Below, piece after piece: positions 55,386 to 64,000 of a stretch of DNA of 64,000 nt; the stretch's first letter is position 1; the number at the start of each line of letters is the position of its first letter. The notes below the pieces were generated by a model. The model saw only the letters and a program-made list of their open reading frames with translations, did not search any database and had not been told where the DNA came from. Source of the stretch: the human T2T-CHM13v2.0 reference genome, Homo sapiens; NCBI RefSeq assembly GCF_009914755.1, contig NC_060936.1. One strand, given 5' to 3'. Both the position numbers and the translations under genes were made by a program.

Positions 55386-57328
55386 GTTTTTCAGTCAATG
55401 ATGGACCACACATACTATGGTGGTCCCATAAGATTATAATGGACCTGAAAAACTCCCATCACCTAGTGATGTTGTTACCGGGGGTCCTTGCTCCCAGAGC
55501 TCCCAAGATGGTGTCGGCGGCTTCCAAAATGGCAGAGGGCTCCTTCCAAGATGGTGGCAAGCCTTATGTTCTCTGACCTGGGGTTCTTGGCCTCATGAAT
55601 TCCAAGGAATGGAATCTTGGGCCATGCGGTGAGTGTTATAGCTCTATTAGAAGCTGTGGGTCACGGAACAGAACCGTGGAACCCAGTGACTAGTGTTCAG
55701 CTCAATTAGGATGAACCTGGGCACTTAGCCATGCAGGAACAGTGGCAAGCCTTCAGCCCAATTGGGAGCGGCAATGGATGCCATGTTGGATCAGAAGCAC
55801 AGTGGACATCCTGTCGGATCTAGAGGGGTGGAAGTCAGCGGCGGGTCTGCAGTGGGTCTGCTACTGCGGCAAGTAACAGTGGTGGATGGTGAGCGAAAGC
55901 TCAGCTCCAGCCATAACAAACACAGACCAGAAGATAGTGCAGTTGCAAGATTTAATAGAGTGAAAACAGAGCTCCCATACAAAGGGAGGGGACCCAAAGA
56001 GGGTAGCCGTTGCCGGCTTGAATGCCTAGGTTTATATCCTGATCATTGTCCCTCCCGCTGTGCTCTCAGGCAATAGATGATTGGCTATTTCTTTACCTCC
56101 TGTTTTTGCCTAATTAGCTTTTTTAGTGAGCTCTCTTTACTACCTGATTGGTCGGGTGTAAGCTAAGTTGCAAGCCCCGTGTTTAAAAGTGGATGTGGTC
56201 ACCTTCCCAGCTAGGCTTAGGGATTCTTAGTTGGCCTAGGAAATCCAGCTAGTCCTGTCTCTCAAGGTCATAGTCTTTGTAATGTTGTAGTGCAATGCAT
56301 TACTCACGTGTCTGTGGTGATGCCCATGTAAACAAACCCACTGCACTGCAGTTGTATTGAAGTCTAGCACATTCAATTGTGCACAGTACATAATACTTAA
56401 TAATGAAAAATGACGATTTTTACCAGTTTGTGTATTTACTGTATCACTCTAAAATTATTATTTTAGAGTGTATTCCTTGTACTTATTTTTTTTAAAGTTA
56501 ATTGGAAATCAGTTGTGGTCAGGTCCTTCAGGAAAGGTATTCCGGAAGACGGCATTATTATCTTAGGAGTTGACAGCTCCGTGCATGTTATTGCCCCTGA
56601 AGACCTTCCAGTGGGACAAGGTGTTGGAGTGAAAGACAGTGAAATTGATTATCCTGACCTTGTGTACGCATAAGCTAATGTGTGTGTTTATGTCTTATTT
56701 TTTAACAAAAAGATTTAAAAAGTAAAAAATTGTAAAAAGCTTATAGAATAGGGACACAAAGAAAGAAAATATTTTTGTACAGTTGTACAATGTGTTTGTG
56801 TTTTAAGCTAAGTGTTATTATAAAATTAAAAAATTAAGTCATAAAGTTAAAAAGTTATAGTAATTGAAGGTTAATTTATTACTGCATTTATTGAAGAAAT
56901 AATTTTTTTATAAATTTAATGTAGCCTAAGTGTACAGTGTTTACAAAGCCTACCGTTATCTACAGTAATGTCCTAGGGCTTCACATTCGCTCACCACTCA
57001 CTGACTCACCCAGAGCAACTTGCAGTCCTGCAAGCTTCATTCATGGTAAGTGTCCTACACAGGCATATCAGTTACCTTTTATACTGTATTTTTACTGTGA
57101 CTTTTTAATGTTTAGATACACAAATGCTTACCACTGTGTTACAGTTGACTACAGTATTCAGTACAGTCACATGCTGCACAGGTTTGTAAGCAACAGGATA
57201 TATCACATAGCTTAGGTGTGTAGTAGGCTATACTATCCAGGTACACGCTCTGATGTTCGCGCAATGATGAAATCACCTAACTACACATTTCTCAGAATGT
57301 ACCCCTGCCATTAAGTGATGCTTGACTG
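55386..57328. mobile_element. Tigger3b-like TcMar DNA transposon
   Basis: GTCAATGATGGACCACACATAC..GGTGGTCCCATAAGATTATAATGG; right end CATTTCTCAGAATGTACCCC..TTAAGTGATGCTTGACTG; left TIR eroded. Confidence 0.85.
55473..56264 (-). mobile_element. HERV-W solo LTR (LTR17), complete
   Basis: Reverse strand begins TGAGAGACAGGACTAGCTGGATTTCCTAGGCC and ends ..GGTAACA; CCAAT boxes, TATAAA and ATTAAA in the expected order; 4-bp TSD ATGT/AGGT. Confidence 0.93.
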
Positions 57329-59574
57329 TTTCAATATACAAGAAGAGATTTTTTATGAAAATTGGCTTACAAGATTAGGGAGGCCATGAAATCCCAAAAT
57401 ATGGCCTCTGCAAGCTATAGAACCCCAGGGCCTCTGGTGTAAGTCCCTGGGATAAAAAGGCTGGAGAATTTGGAGTTCTGATGTTCAAAGGCAGGGAAAG
57501 ATGGATGTCCAGCTCAAGGAGAAAGAGAGAATTCCTCCTTCCTCTGCCTTTTTGTTCTATCCAGGCCCTGGATGGATTGGACGATGTCCGCCCACACTGG
57601 GAGGGCCATCTGCTTTACTGAGTCCACTGATGCAGATGCCAATCTATTTCTGAGACAAGAATTGTCAAATTCTCCTGGGCTACTCAAAAACCCCAACCCT
57701 GATCCCCTGAAAAGTGTAAAAGAAATGTGTCCCCTTTCTTTTTGGCACAGAGCCATGACCTTGGGCTATCACCTCCATCCCACAGTGTGAGGCCCTGTGG
57801 GGAGAATCAGAGGCGATTTGGGGAGAAGCTTACTACCCACAAGCATGGCACCATCAGGCTCCCTTGGCAAGCCTGAATCAGACTACAAGTCCAGGGAGAC
57901 AGGCCCATTCAAAACAATCTGCTTTATGTGGATTTAAACTGCTGTCCCCTGAGGGTATCTTGATTGCTTTGACCTTCTGTCAGATTTGACCCACAGTGAA
58001 CGACTGCGACCTAAATGACAGCCTATCACCTTCTGCATAGAAATATTTGATGACATCCCACTGCCTTCAGGATGAGTCCAAGCTGGAATAGAAATTAGAA
58101 ATTGTGAAATTTACAAGCAGCAAGAAATCTACCTCTCAATTGTTAAAGATTTGCCCATTCTCTCCTTCATGATTGATTTGCTTAAAACATCCACCTTCCT
58201 AATGATGATGATGCTGATGATGATAATGATGATAAAAATAGAGGAAAAAATCAATTTAATAAAACAACAGTGCTCTAGCAGAAACTTGAATATAAAATGG
58301 CTTTTACTGGGAAGTTCTGACTTTTTAGGTTGCAAGGAACAAAATATCTTTTTTTAAAAGAAATCAAGTCTGAGTCAATCATCTTTGCCATCTCCCCATC
58401 CCTGGGATTGGCTCAGAAATAGGCACGTGTCTAAGTCAGGCCAATGAGACCTCAGGGGATGTTTTGTTGGGGCTTCTGAGGAAGAAACTGTTTTGCTCCT
58501 AAGGAAGAGCTCCTGAAAGAGATGCTCTCTGGTCCCCTGGGGTTATTGTGTGTGGACTGAGGCAGTCATCTTTTTCCTAGCTGGACCCCAGAGGAGGACA
58601 AAGTCCAGTGAATTGCAAAGAAATGACCCAAGATCACATTGGGTCTTGTGATATGACCTCTTCCCCCACTCAAGTGTCACTCACAGCTGTCTGGCATAGT
58701 ATGCCTGGCACAGAGTCTGGCACTGTGAAAGTGACTCAGCCCAGGAACAAGAGGATGAGCAAATAGATGCCAGCTGAACCTGAAGATTTCTCAATGATTT
58801 TAGTTTGAACTGGTTTAACCTGGTGCAGGTAATATGCTTCCCAGACTGAAGTTCAGGGAAATATAAACCAAATTTTTGATGAAGAGACTTGGGTAGCATG
58901 TTGGAGAGAAGAGTGGCAAGAGAGAATGGAGGGAATGAGTGCAACAGGCCCTGGTTTGGTACAGTGCCCAGCCAGAATCACATGTGTGAGGCTGTCCAGG
59001 CCACGGACACAGCGTTGTCCTCCAGGTTTGTGCACACTGAGCCAGTGAGGCGCTTGCAGGGAGTCTGGAGGAAGCGTTAGAGCTTTATTAGCTTAACTAC
59101 TTTACCACAGCCTAGATTGCATCCAAACCTGGGTTTTCAACAGCAAGCTTGCAGTGGCTTTCCAAAAGCTTGAGGCTTGTGTTTCCTTCAGTCAGAAGGC
59201 AAACTGTGCCAGGTACAGCTGAGAACCAGAAAACAACCATGTAGATTTTGAAACTTGCATTGGTTGAGAATTTTCATGACTTTCTGCTATATAGACATTC
59301 AGCCGCACTGTAGAGATAGGTTCAATCCAACCTGCAGGAAGCCTGGCTCTATCTGAATTAGTGGCTGCCTTATCTTAAGGGAACTTCAAAGTCCAATTGA
59401 AAAATGCTGGGCTAGATTGAACTTGAGCACTAATTTAGCTTGGACTAAGTTGCTTGGCCTTTCTGGGCCTATAGACCCCTCATCTACAAAGCGAAAGAAA
59501 GAAAAAAACCAACACTCAGATTCTTTGTGTTGAGAAATATCATTACCTGAAATGAAAATCCCAACAGCATTTAG

Positions 59575-59785
59575 AGAACAAAGAGCATGGGATCCAGGGA
59601 GAGCCTGGGATCTGAGTCCCAGCTCTGCCACTCACTAAATGTATGACCTCATTTAACTCACTATCCAGCTCTGAATCTGTTTCATTATTTCTAAAATAGA
59701 GATCATAAAACCTATGTTAAAATTTTAGAAGGATTAAAAAAGATGATATAGGCACAGGCACAGAGTAGTTCATCAATAACAATTC
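59575..59785 (+). mobile_element. MIR SINE
   Basis: CTGAGTCCCAGCTCTGCCACTCACTA..TGACCT..GGCACAGAGTAG..CAATAA. Confidence 0.7.
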
Positions 59786-61196
59786 TATAAATATTTATTG
59801 AGCATATCCTATATGCTGTGTACTATGCTAACCTCCAGAAAGGGAGTGGTGAGTAAATGAGGCATCACCCCTACTCTCATGGGGGTAGACAGACAAAACC
59901 TTAGAGTCGCATTTATGAGTGTCTAACTGTCATATGAGATAAGATCTACCATGGACAGTCATCAGATGCTTCAGTACAGGCATAACAAAGGCTAGTTCCT
60001 ATCACAACTCCTCACTCAACAGTGTCACCAAAGTCACCACTCACCAAATGCCTCCCTCATTGTCCTTCTCATGACTCACAAGGGAGAATTCATTGCTCCA
60101 AACTATAGTTCCCATTAGGTTAATTTTCTAACATCAGAAGTCTTTGGGAGATGAGCTGATTTCGCTTGCAAACCATGCATAAAATAATTGAAGACTATTC
60201 CTGGGAGTGGGAGGTAAGTCTTTGAACTGATATTGCAACCTTGTGATTGCTCATCCCTGCTAAAGGTAAATTTGATTAATCAACACATCCTGCTATAGTC
60301 ATCTTCCCCAAAGCTAACTGCAAAGAATGAGGGCTTCCTGCCCAGTCTGACACCCACCTGGCGCCAGGTAGATGCGGGGGCCTCCAGAGAGTAAGCCAAC
60401 TGGTGTTGAACGTGTCAAAGAGCAAAAGAACAAGGGAAATCTCACTCTACTAGCATGGGAGGTTAGCTTTGTCAGGCAGGTAATGTTTGGCAGCTGAGGG
60501 AAACTTGAACATACCACCTCTAATGTTTGTGCACTTATTTTCTCATTCACAAATGGAAACAACCACAGCTTGATCTGTGCATGGTGCACAGTTTTCATTC
60601 AGATCACATGATATAAACATCCTATCACTTCTTTCAAATCCATCACTTCATTTACACTTCTATAATCATAGTCCTAGTCCAAGTCTTGTCATCTCATATT
60701 TGGATTATTGCAGTAACCTACTAATGAATCTCTCCTCTTTCAGTCTTATTTCCAAGTCCCTTCTAATTCAGTTATCATATTGCTTTCAAGTTTAAAATAT
60801 CAGGGGAGTCTATCACCTTCTGCTTAAAAATATTTGAGGAAAGCCCACTGCTTTCAGGATGAAGCCTAAAATCTTTACCATGACTTTTGTGGCACACACT
60901 GTGAGCTGCCCACATGCAAGTGATGCTTCTCCTCTTCCGTATCAGTGGAATCCAATACGACCAAACCAAGAGGATAAATTATGATTGTTCTAAGCCAACT
61001 GTAATGATCTCTTTCCTCTTTGGACTAAGGGTGGGACTGTGACACAGTTCTGGTCAATGAGATATAAGAGAAAGTCTACTGGGACTTCAGGGAAAGACTT
61101 TTTTCTTCTTGATAAGACAGAAGTGTTTGAAAAGAAGACCAGTTTTCTGTATGTTTGGGGCTACAGCAGCCATCTTGTGATTTTAAGGGGAGACAT

Positions 61197-61309
61197 TAGG
61201 GTAGCTAACTTTTCCCAGTTTGCCTGGGACTTCCCCACTTTTAGCACTAAATGGCCCACATCCTAGGGAACCTTCAGTCTCAGGATAACCAGGGCAGTCG
61301 GTCATCCTA
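61197..61309. mobile_element. MER81-like hAT-Blackjack MITE inside an MLT1 LTR (~60930-61490), itself within L2 sequence
   Basis: TIRs TAGGGTAGC / GTCATCCTA; perfect 8-bp TSD GGAGACAT at 61189-61196 and 61310-61317. Confidence 0.88.
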
Positions 61310-62193
61310 GGAGACATCACTGACATACTGAGCATGATAAAGCAAAATGGCATGAAAAATCTTCATGACCATCATTGAGCTGCTATATAAACTCTAAGGT
61401 TGTCTTTCTCAAGATTTTTTGTGCAAGCTAACTAAATGCCTTCGTCATGTGTTTTGTAACCTACAGTTGACGGCATTCCTAATTAATATAGCATTCAAGG
61501 TTTTTCATCATATGTCCCAATATGTCTGACTTTCCAGTCTGAGCTCCCACCATTCCTGACTTTCTGCCATATACATGCAATGTGGATTACTCCCTATTCT
61601 CTGGGTTTACTGTGAATCTGCACACCTCTGTGCTTTTGTTAATGCCATCTCCATTATCCAAAATTTCTTTTCTTCCTTTCATCACTGAAAACTTCCAATA
61701 CATCCCTCAAGGCCAAATTTCCTCCATTCTTCAATGCTCCTATGGTTTTAGCAAGCAGAGAAGCTTCTAGTATATATTTCTCTCTCCTTATACTTTGAGT
61801 ACTGTGAGGGGAAGGGATTATATCTTAGCCATTATTTATCTAAAACCCTTGCTCTAGTCCCTGCCACCTTTACCATACTCAATGAATGTTTATGGAATGA
61901 ATAATAGCATTTATGGATGAATAATTGAAGTACAGAAAAAGTACATGTGTTTTGAAAAAGCAGAGACTCATGGAAAGCACAAGGCATAGTCCTTCTCTTT
62001 TTAAGTCTCTGTCCAAGAAACCTTCTTTGACTCTTTTATTCTTATTGAGATTTTCCTTCCCTTGAATTCACTCAACACCCATATTGTTACTGAGTTCACC
62101 CTAGATGCCACGTGCTTCTGAAAGCATTGCTGGCAATTATAGATGGCTTGTTCTTGTATGCCTCTTCTCTCCCTAATAAAACAGTAAGGAAAG

Positions 62194-62453
62194 AATGGAT
62201 AATACCTACTATTTGATAGCACAACAGGGTGATTATAGTCAATAATAGCTTAATTGTACATTTTAAAATAACTAAAAGCATATAATTGGATAATTGGATT
62301 GCTTGTAAACACAAAGGATAAATGCTTGAGGAGATGGATAACCCATTCTCCTTGATGTGATTATTTTACATTGCATGCCTGAATCAAAACATCTGATGGA
62401 CCCCATAAATATATACACCTACTATATACCCACAAAAATCAAAAATTTAAAAC
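62194..62453 (+). mobile_element. L1MA-type 3' fragment
   Basis: TTTGATAGCACAACAGGGTGA..ACCCCATAAATATATACACCTACTAT; TSD AAAACA(G/A)TAAGGAAAG at 62178-62193 and 62454-62469. Confidence 0.88.
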
Positions 62454-62569
62454 AAAACAATAAGGAAAGTGGCTTCCACTTACTACAAAGGCCACCTGAT
62501 TTCAAGTCCAGTATTCTGAATGAAGTTTGGGCACCAGAAATGTTGTCTGAGCATAGTCAATAAATGCTG

Positions 62570-63683
62570 TGTTCTGCTTTTAAATCGAGAATGCCTTTGG
62601 CTGCAAGTAATGGAAAAACTACTAAGTGACTATGGCAGAGGGAGCTAGCTAACCATTAGATATTTGGGCTCCCCTTCGATGGTATGGAGTTGTTTAGGGC
62701 TTCCTAGGCAGGGATTTCACTTCTCAGCCTTCCTGCATTAACGGGGAGCTATATGTCTAGTTATAAGCCACTGGAATATGAACTGAAATGAACTATCACT
62801 TCCCAACTAAGAAGATTAAGGGGGCTTTCCCCACACTCTTATCGTCTTCAGGGGTGACCTTGGAGGCCACAAATTGAAGATGACAGCAATCCCAAGGTGG
62901 AAGGAGCATGACTCCCTGAGGAACCAGTTGGAGAACAGCCTCCTAGGAGAACACTCAACTCAGAAAAGCCTCACTGGATTTTGTTTGAGCAAGAAATCAA
63001 CAATTATTATGTTAAAAGACTGGAATTTGGGTTTTTTTTCTTTTTTTTTCTTTTTTTTTTTTACAGCATTTAGTCTAAGTACAGTGGCCAAAACAAATAT
63101 GATATTATTTTACAGCATTTAGTCTAAGTACAGTGGCCAAAACAAATACGATATTATTTTACAGCATTTAGTCTAAGTACAGTGGCCGAAACAAATACGA
63201 TATTATTTTACAGCATTTAGTCTAAGTACAGTGGCCGAAACAAATACGATATTATTTTCTCACACAATAGAATACCTAAAGGTGGATAGTGGCTGGCATT
63301 GTTATTTACTGAAGACTTTTAAGTCTCAAACACTTCTTATGCTTTCACTTGACCACCTTTAGTTCTTTGCTTTTCATCTTGTGGCTGTTGCCTCATGATC
63401 ACAAGATGGCTACTGCTGCTCCAGGGTTTACATCATCACACCAGCAGGGGAAGGGTCAAAAGGCTAGACTTTATCATTTTAACTCGAGTGGGAACTCCTA
63501 GCCAAGTTCCCTTCCTGGATCATTTACCAGGGCTACGTCATGTTGTCAACCCTAACTGCAATAGGTGTTGGTAAAGGGACTATTCATCTCTTGCGGATTC
63601 TCTAGATGAAGACAATATCTTCTAGGCAAGATGGTGGTAAGAGAAGGGCTTTTTGGACCAGACAGCCAACACTGTCTGCCACA
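62570..63683. mobile_element. Nested MLT1-type LTRs (inner ~62631-63083 sense, outer antisense)
   Basis: Outer: TTTGGCTGCAAGTAA..CCTCATGATCACAAGATGGCTACTGC..GTCTGCCACA; inner flanked by GTGAC/GTGGC. Confidence 0.55.
63059..63258. repeat. Minisatellite, 49 bp x 4
   Basis: TTTTACAGCATTTAGTCTAAGTACAGTGGCC(A/G)AAACAAATA(T/C)GATATTA at 63059, 63108, 63157 and 63206. Confidence 0.97.
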
Positions 63684-64000
63684 GATTTTATTCCAGTTTC
63701 CAACCATTTTATTTATAAAATGACCAAATCAGGTTAGAATTTCTTCTAACAAGATAGGTGACACTCATGCTCCCATTTCCCTCTTGCTTTTTCCTGGTCT
63801 TCTTTCTCCAGAATTCTTCAGAATCGTTCTCAATACACCACTCCCAGGAATCCTTGGCTCTCCATTTAAGTAGGCTCTCCATGTGAAATTGATTTGTCAC
63901 CGTTGGGCTAATTAGATGATACCCAGGTTCTCTTTCAGTTCTAATATTCTCTAATTTTCTCTCTCTTTCTCTCTCTCTCTTTTTTTAAAATCAGTTGCCC

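Larger units (their letters stand above)
55357..57657 (-). mobile_element. MLT2 LTR split by a Tigger insertion (pieces 55357-55385 and ~57330-57657)
   Basis: TGTACTAGTCAGCGTTCTCCAGAAAAACAG, resuming as AAATTGGCTTAC.AGATTA.GGAGGC; resembles the MLT2 at 12848. Confidence 0.75.

Noticed and set aside
63059-63258. CRISPR-like array
   Set aside because: Head-to-tail repeats with no unique spacers, in a primate context with no cas genes.
63765-63930. Exon starting at 63812 after a strong pyrimidine tract
   Set aside because: No good donor site follows (CAG/GTTCTC is weak) and there is no coding signal.

Overview
Primate (human or great-ape type) euchromatic DNA, repeat-rich and apparently intergenic or deep-intronic. 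I can support no cellular protein-coding gene, RNA gene or CRISPR array. The many short ORFs in the track are chance frames or antisense reads of Alu, L1 and LTR sequence. The dominant feature is a full-length young LINE-1 (L1PA2-like, 28877-34937). Its ORF1 and ORF2 are each broken by a single 1-bp homopolymer indel. It appears to carry a ~530-bp 3' transduction, because its target-site duplication closes only at 35484-35492, after a second poly(A) signal and a decayed tail. Other elements include at least 8 Alu/FLAM copies, a twin-primed inverted L1, a complete HERV-W LTR17 solo LTR nested in Tigger3b nested in MLT2, many MaLR/ERV LTRs, DNA transposon fossils, MIR/L2 and microsatellites, plus a 49-bp x4 minisatellite. 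The most unexplained structure is a set of template-switch-like scars at 42-49 kb. These are a perfect 37-bp-arm hairpin, a ~50-bp copy of its flank 1.66 kb away, and several nested fold-back insertions. I find no convincing new biological system; the best leads are locus-specific retrotransposition and DNA-repair events. Repeat subfamily names come from recalled consensus features, not from a database search.
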